This document shows positions 1 through 10,006 of a stretch of 40,668 bases of DNA, in pieces. The notes beneath the pieces are model-generated. The model ran no database searches and was not told the DNA's origin. It was given only the letters and a program-made list of their open reading frames with translations. Every line of letters starts with the position of its first letter. Within the stretch, counting starts at the first letter, position 1. A program made the position numbers and the translations under genes. This DNA comes from a virus (taxonomy: Duplodnaviria > Caudoviricetes). The stretch is from the IMG/VR virus record IMGVR_UViG_3300010362_000048, positions 1 through 40,668 of that record, one strand, 5' to 3'.

Positions 1-4
1 CCCC

Positions 5-258
<254 letters not shown>

Positions 259-262
<4 letters not shown>

Positions 263-480
263 CGCGCGCGCGTCTCGTGGTGGCGCCGCGCGTCGACCAG
301 ACCGAGGATGGGGTCGATGTGTGGTACGACGACCACCTCGTCGCCACGATTTATCCGCGCGCCGGCGCGGGCGTGCGCGTCGTGAGCCAATACCCGATCA
401 CCAGCGACCACGACCCGCATCCCCCCAACACGCTCACGGTCACGTTCCATTTCTCGAAGAGGCCCCATGGATCTCTCTAA
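259..480 (+). CDS. Hypothetical protein (73 aa)
   Basis: Translationally coupled ORF with normal composition. Confidence 0.65.
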
Positions 481-953
481 TGCGGTGCTCGGACACTACC
501 ACGCGACGCAGCTGCAGCGCCGCATCGCCACACCGGTCCTGCAGGTCGGCAAGGATACCTTCACGCGGTCCCAGCTCGCCGGCGTCGACTGCTTCAACTA
601 TCTGGCGTGCGCGTTCCTCACCGCCGCGCTCGCGCCGCTCAAGGTGAAAGACACGGCCGACGTGTTCGAGCATGTCTCGCCGGAGATGCTCGCGCTGCCG
701 CGCGTGGGCGTGGTCAGCCTGGCGGTGCTCGGGCGCGGCGTTTCAAGCCAAGGGCCTCGGCGGCGACACGCCGTTGACCACGTGGTGCAAGAAACATTTG
801 GCGAAGTTGGCGACGTTCGAGTCCATCAAACACGCCGCACAGGCCGACGAGGCCGCCGAGCGGAAACGGCTGCGGCAGCGGACACACACTCGGCGGAACG
901 TCGCGCACCGCACGCGCGTGGAACGCTTCACGGCGCGCGTCACCGCCACCTAA
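467..953 (+). pseudogene. Hypothetical protein interrupted by a 1-bp frameshift near 731-733 (or a sequencing error)
   Basis: Frame 467 is protein-like up to ...SLAVLG. Removing one G from ctcgggcgcggcg joins it to AAFQAKGLGG...RVTAT*, ending at 953. Confidence 0.6.
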
Positions 954-972
954 CGTCTGATCGGGGGGACGC

Positions 973-1731
973 ATGACACTGACACCGCAACAGCTCGACA
1001 AACTGCGCGCGCGCGTGGACCATTTCAAACAGGTCGCGCAGGCCTATCAGTTGGTGATTGACGAAGAGCAGCACGCGAGCAACGGGCACGCGGCCGACCA
1101 GTTGCCCGAGAAGTTGCGCGCGGTCCTCGCCGATGAAACCTCGACGCGCCGCGGCGGGCAATGGTCGCTCTTCACGCGCCGCGTGTACGCCATCCTCGCG
1201 GCCGCGCCGGGCGTCAATTTCACCATGCCGCAGATCCGCGCGCAGTTGAACGGCGCCGGCGAGTCCTTCACCCAGATGCAACTCCAGAATGTGCTCTCGC
1301 GTATGAAGGTGGGAAAGTACCTCACGGGCGCCTACGGCCGCTATCGGATCGACCCGAAGCACGCGCCCTTTGCCTTGCCGCCCGTCAGTGAAGCGGACGT
1401 CGTGCAGGACGTCGAGCGCAAGCTCGCGCAGCGGCGGCGCGAGAACAAACCGCGCGCGAACGCGAAGGCGCCGACGAAACCGCCGAAGCCAACGTGGACC
1501 GAGAAGTTCCGCGCCGCGGGACAGGAACGCTCGCTGCAGCTCCTCGCGGTGCTCGATGTGCCGCGCACGCGCGAGGGCATCATCGAGGCGCTGCGGGGAA
1601 AGAATCGCAAACGGTCGATCGTGAAGGCGACGCGCATCGCGAATGCGATCGGGCCGATGCTCCGCCGCGGCTACATCACGCGCGACGGCGACACCTACGT
1701 CAAAGTGAAGGACTACACCCCGCGCGCCTAG
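973..1731 (+). CDS. Hypothetical basic protein, possibly with winged-helix DNA-binding domains
   Basis: GGGGGA RBS. Segments FTMPQIRAQL...LQNVLSRM...GRYRI and MLRRGYITRDGDTYV resemble wHTH wings. Confidence 0.7.
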   Translation: MTLTPQQLDKLRARVDHFKQVAQAYQLVIDEEQHASNGHAADQLPEKLRAVLADETSTRRGGQWSLFTRRVYAILAAAPGVNFTMPQIRAQLNGAGESFTQMQLQNVLSRMKVGKYLTGAYGRYRIDPKHAPFALPPVSEADVVQDVERKLAQRRRENKPRANAKAPTKPPKPTWTEKFRAAGQERSLQLLAVLDVPRTREGIIEALRGKNRKRSIVKATRIANAIGPMLRRGYITRDGDTYVKVKDYTPRA

Positions 1732-2762
1732 ACGACCGGATAGCGGAACTGCACAATCAGATCACTGGTGTTGGTGCAGAAGGCGTCCGACACGGCGACC
1801 GGCGTCGTGCCCGTGAACGCCCACAGATAAATCTGCTGCGGCGACACGCCCTGCGCGGAGTAGCTCGACGTGAGCCGTCCCGGGAGCCCGGTGAAATTCA
1901 GGCCGTACCCGACATAGGGCCCGTGGACGGTTTGCGCGGGCGGCTGCTGCCACAGATAGGGCCAGCCTTGGATCAGCACCTGGCCCGTGCTGGTGCCTTT
2001 CGCGGTCAACTGCAGGCGCAGACTGCCCGTCGCATACTGGCCCTGCAGGAGGACTTGGCCGTCGCGGGTGTTATACGTCAGCCCGACCGAGGCGCCGCCA
2101 AAGGTCCACGTCGGCGTCCACGGCAGCAAGGCGCCCTGCGTGTGACTGATCAGAGACCAGCCCTGCCCCGCACTGCCGTGCTGATAGAGCGCCACGCCGG
2201 GGCTCACGAGATAGGTCGGCGCGGACGTCGCGAAGTTGGTCAAGCGGTCGGTGACGGCGGTCCCGGCATCCAGATGCAGCAGGCCCGTCGCGAAGCCCGT
2301 GCGGGAGCGCAGCAGCAGCAGCTGCCCCGGCTGCCCGCCGGGAAACCCCGCCACCTGCAGGGTGCCGGCTTGGGTAAATTCCACCGTCACGATCGGGGCC
2401 TTCGGCACGGGAACCGAGGCGGGACTGCCGGTCGTCGTGACCGTGACCACCGGCACCGCGAACGCGCTCGTCACGTTGTCGACCGTCTGCAGCAGCGTGC
2501 CGTCGGCCGCCGCGAGCTGGAACTTGTAGGCGAGCGCGCTGTCGATCCACAGCTCCTGCGGTTGACCCGTGACGGTCGCGGGTCGGCCGGCCGCGTCAAA
2601 CATGACGGGGTCTTCGAGCGGGACCTGCAGCGGGGCCCCGGCATAGAGCGGACTGGGCGTGGTCGTGCCGGCGCCCAGCGCGGTCAGCTGCCCGCCGGCG
2701 AGCGGTTTCCCGGCCGTGTCGAAGTACTGCGGGATCGGCAGGGGCGCAAGGAGGCTGGGCAT
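1728..2762 (-). CDS. Tail appendage / receptor-binding protein 2 with P22-tailspike-like head-binding N-terminus
   Basis: N-terminus QYFDTAGKPLAGGQL...GTTTP..LY...L.DPV.FDAAGR is typical of podophage tailspike head-binding domains. It lies at the end of the late operon. Confidence 0.75.
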   Translation of the reverse strand: MPSLLAPLPIPQYFDTAGKPLAGGQLTALGAGTTTPSPLYAGAPLQVPLEDPVMFDAAGRPATVTGQPQELWIDSALAYKFQLAAADGTLLQTVDNVTSAFAVPVVTVTTTGSPASVPVPKAPIVTVEFTQAGTLQVAGFPGGQPGQLLLLRSRTGFATGLLHLDAGTAVTDRLTNFATSAPTYLVSPGVALYQHGSAGQGWSLISHTQGALLPWTPTWTFGGASVGLTYNTRDGQVLLQGQYATGSLRLQLTAKGTSTGQVLIQGWPYLWQQPPAQTVHGPYVGYGLNFTGLPGRLTSSYSAQGVSPQQIYLWAFTGTTPVAVSDAFCTNTSDLIVQFRYPVV

Positions 2763-2763
2763 G

Positions 2764-3768
2764 TCACGCCGCGAGCGTCTGCACCGTCGCGATGAGGTCG
2801 CTCCCGGCGGTCAGATTGCCATCCCCCATCGGCACGATACCGGTGGAGGTCCACACCACGAGTTGCACGACCAGCCCGCTGACATACCCGGTGATGCCGC
2901 CGGTGCCGAGCCCGACCCAGCCGCCCGCGTAGTGCGCAATTAACCCGGATTCCGAGCCGGGCGCCACGTCGTTGACCGGGAGGCCCGCGAGCTGCAGCGT
3001 GCCGGTGGAGGTGCCTTTCGCGCTGAGCGTCAGCCGCAACCCAAGGAACACCTGCCGCCCGCGCAGCACGTAGTGCCCGAGCTGCGTGCCGTAGGTCATC
3101 CCGACGGGCGTGGCGCCGCCGAGCGTGTAGGTCGGCGTCCATGCGACGGGCGCGCCCTGCTCGTGACTGATCAAGTTCCAGCCCTGCCCCGCCGCGCCGC
3201 GCTGGTAGATCGCCGCGCCGCCGTAGAGCGGCGTGGCGATCGTCCCGACAAAATTCGCGAGCATGTCCCCCGGCGCGCTGTTGCTGTTGTTGGGGTAGAG
3301 CAGGACCTGCGCGGTCGGCACCGCGCGCAGGACGAGGAGCTGGCCGGGTTGGCCGCCGACAAAGCCCGTGACCGAGGTCGACGCCGCCGTATTGGTGAAC
3401 TGCACGCCCACGACCGGCGCGGTCGGCACCGCGACGTTGAACACGTTCCCGCTCGCGGCCACCGTGACGGTCGGTACACTCTGCCCGCTCGTCAGGTTGT
3501 CGGCCGTCCAGATGGTCGAGCCCGCGCCGTCCAGCAACACTTCCTTGTAGGCGAGCGCGCCATCGAGCCACATGGCTGGCGCGCGGCCGCCGGGATTCGA
3601 CAACGGCACCGGGTTGGCGAGCGGCGTCACGAGCCCGCTGTCGGCATACGCCGGCGACGGCGTCGAGGTGCCGGCGAGATACCACGCGATCGAGCCGCCG
3701 TCGAGCGGTTTGCCGTTGCTGTCGAAAAACTGTTGAATCGCGGGCGGGAGCAAGACACCGGGTGGCAT
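2764..3768 (-). CDS. Tail appendage / receptor-binding protein 1, paralog of 1728..2762
   Basis: QFFDSNGKPLDGGSI..Y.AGTSTP..Y.D..L..PLANPV, followed by YKEVL.D..G..IWTADN. Confidence 0.75.
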   Translation of the reverse strand: MPPGVLLPPAIQQFFDSNGKPLDGGSIAWYLAGTSTPSPAYADSGLVTPLANPVPLSNPGGRAPAMWLDGALAYKEVLLDGAGSTIWTADNLTSGQSVPTVTVAASGNVFNVAVPTAPVVGVQFTNTAASTSVTGFVGGQPGQLLVLRAVPTAQVLLYPNNSNSAPGDMLANFVGTIATPLYGGAAIYQRGAAGQGWNLISHEQGAPVAWTPTYTLGGATPVGMTYGTQLGHYVLRGRQVFLGLRLTLSAKGTSTGTLQLAGLPVNDVAPGSESGLIAHYAGGWVGLGTGGITGYVSGLVVQLVVWTSTGIVPMGDGNLTAGSDLIATVQTLAA

Positions 3769-3811
3769 GGTTCAGACTCCGAGGTAAACTGAGTGAGACT
3801 GGAGATGGACC

Positions 3812-4018
3812 ATGTCGAAGCTCTTACCGTTCCGCCGGCCGCAGCCGGTGGGCTCCCCCGCCCCGGGCGCGATCGGTGTCGACGCCGGGCAGGTTTTCAA
3901 GCAGCTGCTCTTTGGCTGGCAGATGATCGTCATTGGCATCGGGCTCGTGTGCGTGCTTAACGCCGCACTGCTGCTCCTGTGGGTGTTTGTCGTCGCTCCT
4001 GCTCTTGGGCCGCGGTAG
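3812..4018 (+). CDS. Small membrane protein on the opposite strand, candidate superinfection exclusion protein
   Basis: GGAG RBS and a long hydrophobic segment (MIVIGIGLVCVLNAALLLLWVFVV). It sits antisense between the last ejection gene and the tailspikes. Confidence 0.55.
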   Translation: MSKLLPFRRPQPVGSPAPGAIGVDAGQVFKQLLFGWQMIVIGIGLVCVLNAALLLLWVFVVAPALGPR

Positions 4019-6365
4019 GCGCGGCCTGGCTCGCGCGCATCGCCTGCACCAGATCGTCGATCAACCCCGCCGCGGCGGCGCTGCGGGTCGGCATCGTCAG
4101 GCCGCGTGTGAGCAGTCGCACGCCGGCCGTCGAGTGCAGCAGCTTCGACACGAGTCCGCCCGTGATCTGCAGCGGAATGCCGAGCGAGGGATTAAACACG
4201 AGCGTCCCCGCCTGCGTCGTCAGAATCGCCTGATGCGCCGTCCCGCTCGGATTGGGCTCCGCGATGAGCCGCCGCGCGACGGTGTAGAAGTTGGTGATCG
4301 CCTCCCGGTGCGCCGCGTCGGGCACGATTAGCTCCTTCGTCGCCGGCGGGAGCCGCTCCCAGCGCGCCGCCTCCTCGCCCACCATCGAGAGCCCGCCGCG
4401 CTGCGTGAGCCGGTCGATTGAGGCGTCGAGCATCGCGCGGCCAATCCGCGCGGGGGCATCCGGCGCGATCTTCGCGAGATCGCGCAACAGCCCGATGTTC
4501 TCGCCGCGCAGGGCCTGATTGTAGAAGCGCAGGGGCTCGGCGCTGCGCAGGCCGCGCACATCCTCGTCCCGCATCTGGCGCGCGACTCCCTGCACGTTGA
4601 ACTTCTCGCGCGTGAACGCCCGCCCGAGCCGGAGTGATTCGGCGACGTCGCCGGCGGCGGTGGCGGCGCGCGCCTGAATCGCGTCATCGAGCGCGCCAGC
4701 CGCCTTGAGCGCAATCGCTTCCGCCGGCGTCTTCAGGGTGCTCATCTTCTTGGCGGTGCGCGCGGCGGCGAGCAGGTTACTGCGCGCCTTGTCGGCCGCG
4801 AGCAGCGGCGCGTAATCCGGCCCCTCGACAATCGACGTCAGCGTGCGCAGCGCGCCGGCCTGCGCCCCTTGGAGCGGCGCGATGTCGTGCGCGGCCTGCA
4901 GCTCGGCGCGCACGGGGTCGAGCGCGGTCTTGTACGGGCGCATGTCGACCGCGAGCGGCAGGTCCTCCATCGGCGCGGCCGCCGCGCCGGCCTCCGGGGG
5001 CAACCACGGCGCGGCCAGTCCGGGCTCGCCGGCGAGGCGCGCCTTCGCGATGTTGAGCGCCGCCTTGGCTTCGTTGGTGTAGTAGCCGGTGCGGAGCGCG
5101 CTCTCGACCGCCTGGCGGAACACCGACGCCTGCGGCGCGGTCTTGCGGCCCGTCAGGTCTTTGAACTCGCCGACGATGTCCTGCAGGACCGCGGCGTTCG
5201 GCGAGCCGCTCGCCACGTCGTAGGCCTGCCCGCGGCCGCGCTCCACCGGGGTGAAGGTGTGCTTGGTGAACTGGAACGTGTCCAGCTCCTCTTGGATGCG
5301 GCGCAGCTCGGCGAGCTGGTCGTCCTTGGGCACGTAGCCGAGCGAGTCCTGCTGATACGGGCGGCGCGTCTTCTTGAGCGCGGCGGCGTCGGCCAGCTCC
5401 TGCGCGGTCGGCTGCCGCGGCACGGGGTCGAGGTTCTCGGGGAGCTGGGACGCCGCCTCGACCTTGCCATACTCCGTCGCCGCTTCCTTGTGCAGGGTGC
5501 GGATCTGCCGCGTCACGTCGCCCCGCGCGAGCGTCGCCGCCTGCTCGGGGGTGACGGGGTCCGGATAGATGTCCGTCGCGACGCGTCGGCCGGCGGCGGC
5601 GAGCCCTTCGGCGGAGGCCTGCGCGGCCCGCGGCGCGATCACGGCGCCCGGGATGGACCGGTCGGCGAGCGTCTGTATCCCCTGCACAAACGTATTCCCG
5701 CCGGTCGCCGCGGCCGCCGAGAGCGGCACGCCTTCCCGCTCGGCCCACGCGACGGCGGCTGCATCGACCGGGTTCGCCGGCGTCAGGCCCGGCACTTTGA
5801 GCTTGGGCGCCACGGCGCCGACCACCATCGGGCCGACGATGCCGAGCGTGTCGCCCACGCCGGCGGCCGCGTCGCGCAGGTCCCCACTCCCGAGGCCGTG
5901 GCCGATCTGCTCGCCCGCGCGCGCCATGCCCGGCCCAATCACCGGCACCAGCGCGGCCGCGAAGTGGGTCAACGCGTCCGCGAGGTCGACGCCGCTCTGC
6001 GTCTCGCGCGCCTTGTTGAAGAGGTCGATGGACTGCTTGAGCAGACCGTAGTGCGCCTTGCCGACGTTGATCCCGAGGCGGAACGCCGCCTTGCCGATGT
6101 TCGAGGCCGGGTCGCTCCACGGGTCCCAGTGGTCGGCGACGTCCTTGAGGAGCGGCAGCGGGTTGATGCCTTGGAGCACGTGCTGGCCCGCGATGCCGGC
6201 CAGCTCGGTCCAGTCGGGCGGATTGTTCTGCGTGCGATAGACGGGCAGGCCCTGGTCGGTGAACAGATGCGTGACGTCGTCGCCGACCTGCGGGGCCGGC
6301 CCACCACTCGGCGCGCCGCCCATGAGCGCGGTGACGTCGTCGCCGACCTGCGGCTGCTGCGGCAT
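3957..6365 (-). CDS. Large DNA ejection / internal virion protein (P22 gp16 position)
   Basis: 802 aa, Ala/Gly-rich and helical. Last gene of the ejection cluster. Start placed at MPQQPQ, just after the upstream stop. Confidence 0.7.
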   Translation of the reverse strand: MPQQPQVGDDVTALMGGAPSGGPAPQVGDDVTHLFTDQGLPVYRTQNNPPDWTELAGIAGQHVLQGINPLPLLKDVADHWDPWSDPASNIGKAAFRLGINVGKAHYGLLKQSIDLFNKARETQSGVDLADALTHFAAALVPVIGPGMARAGEQIGHGLGSGDLRDAAAGVGDTLGIVGPMVVGAVAPKLKVPGLTPANPVDAAAVAWAEREGVPLSAAAATGGNTFVQGIQTLADRSIPGAVIAPRAAQASAEGLAAAGRRVATDIYPDPVTPEQAATLARGDVTRQIRTLHKEAATEYGKVEAASQLPENLDPVPRQPTAQELADAAALKKTRRPYQQDSLGYVPKDDQLAELRRIQEELDTFQFTKHTFTPVERGRGQAYDVASGSPNAAVLQDIVGEFKDLTGRKTAPQASVFRQAVESALRTGYYTNEAKAALNIAKARLAGEPGLAAPWLPPEAGAAAAPMEDLPLAVDMRPYKTALDPVRAELQAAHDIAPLQGAQAGALRTLTSIVEGPDYAPLLAADKARSNLLAAARTAKKMSTLKTPAEAIALKAAGALDDAIQARAATAAGDVAESLRLGRAFTREKFNVQGVARQMRDEDVRGLRSAEPLRFYNQALRGENIGLLRDLAKIAPDAPARIGRAMLDASIDRLTQRGGLSMVGEEAARWERLPPATKELIVPDAAHREAITNFYTVARRLIAEPNPSGTAHQAILTTQAGTLVFNPSLGIPLQITGGLVSKLLHSTAGVRLLTRGLTMPTRSAAAAGLIDDLVQAMRASQAAPTAAQEQERRQTPTGAAVRR
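6271..6353. repeat. 23-bp direct repeat encoding PQVGDDVT twice
   Basis: gtgacgtcgtcgccgacctgcgg occurs at 6271-6293 and 6331-6353. Confidence 0.9.
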
Positions 6366-6367
6366 CG

Positions 6368-8185
6368 CTACTTGACCCGCTTCCACGTGCGACCGCCATC
6401 GGTCGACTCGGCCACGCCGCCCGGGATGCCGGGGATGGGCCGCTGCAGGGGGCCACTCGACGCGCTACCGGCCGCGCCGCCGCCTTGCAACAGATTCTCC
6501 AGCTGCCGCAGCGTTTGCTGCGCCCCGGGGTCCAGCATCCGCACGGGCGCGGTGCCCATCCCCTGCGCGTACTGCGACTCCAGCGCGTGCAGCTTGTCCT
6601 CCATCATGTGCGCGGTCTTGCTGATCGACGAGTAGAGCTGTTTGGGCGCCATCGCGGGGTCGAGTGTTTCGAGATCGCGATCGATGTCGGCCTCGGCGCC
6701 GCCGGCCCCACGCCAGAGCCGCGTGATCTCCTGCACCACGCGCGGCGCGATCGTCTTGAAATCCGTCTGCCCGGTCCACCCGATGCGGGTCTTGAGATTG
6801 TTCGCGATGCGGTTGTAATCGGGGTAGTCGCTGTTCTTGAGCGCGGTGACGGCGTCGGTCAGCTCGCTCAGATGCCCGAGCGCCGTGTTGAGCGCGTTGA
6901 CCTGCTTCGCTTCGGTGCCGCTCGTGAACGCGTTCCGGGTCTTCATGCGCGCGCCGGCGTTCGCCTGATCGAAGGACGGGTCGTAGAGGTTGATGGCGCT
7001 GACGATCTGTTGCCCGAGCGGCGATGTGAACGCGCGGCCGGTCGGATACGGCTGCTTGCCGGCGCTGATGCCGCGCAGCAGGTTCTGCGCCTGCGGGGGC
7101 AGCGTCTGGAGGTAGGCCTCGTTGCGCTGCGGCACCGCGCCGAAGAGGTAGTCGGGGTCCGAGGTCGCGCCCGGCGCCTGTCCGCCGGATGGCGGACTCT
7201 GACCGGACACCGGTGGCCCGGCTGGCCCGGCTGACGGCGCCTGACCGGACACGGGTGGCCGCGCTGGGCCGACCGGCGCCGGCGCACCGACCGCCGCACC
7301 CCCGAAGAGCGCGTTGGCCGCCGCGGCATCCCGCACCTTCTGTTCAGCCTCGGTCGCCTGCGCGCGGTGCAGGCGGTCTTCAATCTGCTGCGACGGCGTG
7401 CGCTGCGCTTCGAGCGGCTGCCAGCGGGCCGTCACATCCTGGCCGAGATACGTCACGCGGCCGCTCTGCGGGTCCCGCTGCGCCTCGACGAGATTCGGGC
7501 CCAGCCAGCCCTTGACGAATGTCGGCGTGCCCGGCGCCGTGTAGACCGCGCTCGCCTGCCCGCCCGGGGTGACGCGCGTCAGCGTGTGCCCGGCGGCCAC
7601 GTCCTTCATCTCGGGTTTGTCGCCGTAGTCGGCCCAGTGGTCGACGAGCGCCTTCTGCTTGGCCGGGTCGCCCTGCACGTACTGCCAGAGCTTCATGGCC
7701 CGCGGGTCGCGGTCGAGGCGCAGCGCGGTCTCGACGAGCGTCGGGTCATAACTCGTCGCGCCGGGGGGCGTGAGCGAGCGGACGAGATTCGCGGCCCGCT
7801 TGCGGTCGAGGTTCTGGATCTCGTCGATCGCGCCGCTCGTGGCGCGCCGCTGCTGGACGAATTCCATCACCTTGCTCTGCAGCTCGGGGTCGCCGACGCT
7901 CGCCACCATTTTGCGGATGGCTTCCGGGTCGTCGCTGTCGATCGCGCCGGCGATGCGTGCGGCCTGTGAGGTCACGCCCTGCTGGTGGCGCCAGTCCTCC
8001 AGCTTGGCGCGGTTGAACTCGGTGCTCGTCGCAATTTCCTGCGCGCGCATCTGGCGTTCTTCGGCGAGGCCCGCCTGCTCCTCGCGCGCCTGCTGCAGGC
8101 GCTGCATCTGCAGGAACAGCGAGAAGGGGTCCAGCGCCTGCGGCGCCTGCGCGGCCATGAGCGGGATGCGGGGGTCGAGCGGCAT
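6368..8185 (-). CDS. DNA ejection protein (P22 gp20 position)
   Basis: N-terminus MPLDPRIPL, Q/A-rich coiled segments and a Pro-rich linker. Synteny within the ejection cluster. Confidence 0.7.
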   Translation of the reverse strand: MPLDPRIPLMAAQAPQALDPFSLFLQMQRLQQAREEQAGLAEERQMRAQEIATSTEFNRAKLEDWRHQQGVTSQAARIAGAIDSDDPEAIRKMVASVGDPELQSKVMEFVQQRRATSGAIDEIQNLDRKRAANLVRSLTPPGATSYDPTLVETALRLDRDPRAMKLWQYVQGDPAKQKALVDHWADYGDKPEMKDVAAGHTLTRVTPGGQASAVYTAPGTPTFVKGWLGPNLVEAQRDPQSGRVTYLGQDVTARWQPLEAQRTPSQQIEDRLHRAQATEAEQKVRDAAAANALFGGAAVGAPAPVGPARPPVSGQAPSAGPAGPPVSGQSPPSGGQAPGATSDPDYLFGAVPQRNEAYLQTLPPQAQNLLRGISAGKQPYPTGRAFTSPLGQQIVSAINLYDPSFDQANAGARMKTRNAFTSGTEAKQVNALNTALGHLSELTDAVTALKNSDYPDYNRIANNLKTRIGWTGQTDFKTIAPRVVQEITRLWRGAGGAEADIDRDLETLDPAMAPKQLYSSISKTAHMMEDKLHALESQYAQGMGTAPVRMLDPGAQQTLRQLENLLQGGGAAGSASSGPLQRPIPGIPGGVAESTDGGRTWKRVK

Positions 8186-10000
8186 CTACTTCTCCCGCGG
8201 CAGGTAGAGGTTGTGCCGCTTCAGGATGTCAGTCAGCTCGGCGTCACTGACCCACGCCGGCGCCTGCAGGCCGCCGGCGAGGTCGATCGTCAACCGCTGG
8301 GCATTGTCCATCGAGAGACGGCCCATCTGGAAATCGTGCCAGACGGCGTCGACTCGCCCCATCAGCGCCGGGTCGCGGCGCTGCGCCGGCGTGAACAGGC
8401 CCTTGATGCCCTCCCAGCCGGCCGACTGCAGCTGATTGGGTCGCAGGCCGAGCTGTTCCGCCGCGAGCGCGTTGGCCTCGCGATAGAGCGGATGCGCGCC
8501 GCGGATGCCGGTCGAGGCGCTGCCGGCCCCGCCCATCACCGCCAGCACGCGCGGGGTGTCGCCGCCCATGGGCCGGAAGTGCGCGCCGCCCACGTTGTGC
8601 GTATCGGCGGTCGAGGCGCCGGTGAAGAACGGGTCACTCAGGTTGGTGAAGAACGACCGCTTCTTGTGCCCGAAGCCCATGGCGCGCGAGATGTTCTCCG
8701 GCGAGGGGTCCTTGAGCACCGAGAGGCCGGCGTCGAGGTTCTCGTAGGACTGCCAGACGAGCGGCAGCTTCTCGCCCGTCTCGCCCAGCGCGTAGGGCGC
8801 GATGATGGTGCCCTCCGGGCCGTAGACCGGATAGTACGGGCTGTCGTGCCGCTCACTCATCGCGCGGATGAACTGCGACTGCTGGCGCGTCGGGAGATCA
8901 CTGAACTTCCGGCCGATGTAGCGGCCGGCCTCCTCGATCTTGGCCTCGGCCTTCGCAAGGTGGTCCGCGGCCTTCGTGCCGGTGTAGTGGTGGTCCTCGA
9001 CCCACGCCCTGGCCGAGGCGCGCGTCGTGTCGGCAAACTGCTGGAACGCGTCCTTTGAAAAGGGCTCGTCCGCGCGCCGGAACTTCGTGTAGTCGGTCGC
9101 GAGGCGCCGGCTGATGTCGATGTTCTGGTTCCACTCCTTCGTCGGGCTCTCGGCGGCCAAGAGCGCCGAGCCCACGTCGTAGGCCTGCGGGCCGCTGAAC
9201 CCCGCCAGCTCGCCGTGCGCGCCGGCGAGGGTGTGGCCGCCCTGATACCACTGGGTCTCGCGCGCCACGAGCGCCGGGTCCTGCATCGCGACGAGCCCGA
9301 CGTTATTCTCGGCCATGCGCTTGGTGACCAGATCGAGGACCTGCGGGTCCGACAGGATCTGCTCGTGCGGGCGCAGGAGCATCGAGCGGCGCGCTTCGCC
9401 GGCGAGCTTGTGATAGTAGACCGGGTCCTGCGCGGCCTCGGCGAGGCCGGTCATGAGCGGCGCCGCGCCTTCGGCATAGCCGCTCAACCGCTTCGCGGTC
9501 GGCACGCGCGTCGAGAGGATCAGGTTCCCGCCGGCGCTGCGCGTGTAGGGCACCTCGCTCGCCTGCTTCAGGTCCCAGAGACGTTTGAGCTGCGCCGGCG
9601 TGAGGGCCCCCTCGGGCACCGCCTCGGTCGCGCCCATCAGGAAGCCCGGCGCCTCCCCGCCTTGTTCCCACGCGCCGATGCCGTAGGGGTCCTGCGCCGC
9701 GATGGTCGGGGGGCGCGAGCGGCCGAGCCCGAGGCGTTGCAGCACGTCGAACAGGTTCATGGTCGAGAGCGGCGGTGGCAGGTATCGGTCGGTGACCTGC
9801 GCCGGCCCGATCGAGGTCGCCTGCTTCGCCGCGGCGTAGGGGTCGTAGCCGCTGGCATAGGACGCGAGGGTGGGCAGCTGCGGCCCTTGGTCGAGGATCG
9901 GATCGCCGTTCGCGTCGAGCGCGACCGGTACCCCGTTGACGATCGCAAACGTCATCTGCGGGCGGTCGCCGGCGAAGACGGCGAGGGTCTGGTCGGGCAC
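8186..10000 (-). CDS. Probable virion-associated protein with HhH-GPD glycosylase-like (DUF7178-like) domain
   Basis: Motifs QWYQ, LLAAESPTKEWNQN, GFGHKKRSFFTNL, STADTHN and YREA..LAAEQLGLRPNQLQSAGW. Confidence 0.6.
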   Translation of the reverse strand: MPDQTLAVFAGDRPQMTFAIVNGVPVALDANGDPILDQGPQLPTLASYASGYDPYAAAKQATSIGPAQVTDRYLPPPLSTMNLFDVLQRLGLGRSRPPTIAAQDPYGIGAWEQGGEAPGFLMGATEAVPEGALTPAQLKRLWDLKQASEVPYTRSAGGNLILSTRVPTAKRLSGYAEGAAPLMTGLAEAAQDPVYYHKLAGEARRSMLLRPHEQILSDPQVLDLVTKRMAENNVGLVAMQDPALVARETQWYQGGHTLAGAHGELAGFSGPQAYDVGSALLAAESPTKEWNQNIDISRRLATDYTKFRRADEPFSKDAFQQFADTTRASARAWVEDHHYTGTKAADHLAKAEAKIEEAGRYIGRKFSDLPTRQQSQFIRAMSERHDSPYYPVYGPEGTIIAPYALGETGEKLPLVWQSYENLDAGLSVLKDPSPENISRAMGFGHKKRSFFTNLSDPFFTGASTADTHNVGGAHFRPMGGDTPRVLAVMGGAGSASTGIRGAHPLYREANALAAEQLGLRPNQLQSAGWEGIKGLFTPAQRRDPALMGRVDAVWHDFQMGRLSMDNAQRLTIDLAGGLQAPAWVSDAELTDILKRHNLYLPREK

Positions 10001-10006
10001 GGGGCC

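Noticed and set aside
1728-3768. Diversity-generating retroelement or invertible tail cassette
   Set aside because: There is no reverse transcriptase or invertase, and differences between the paralogs are not adenine-specific.
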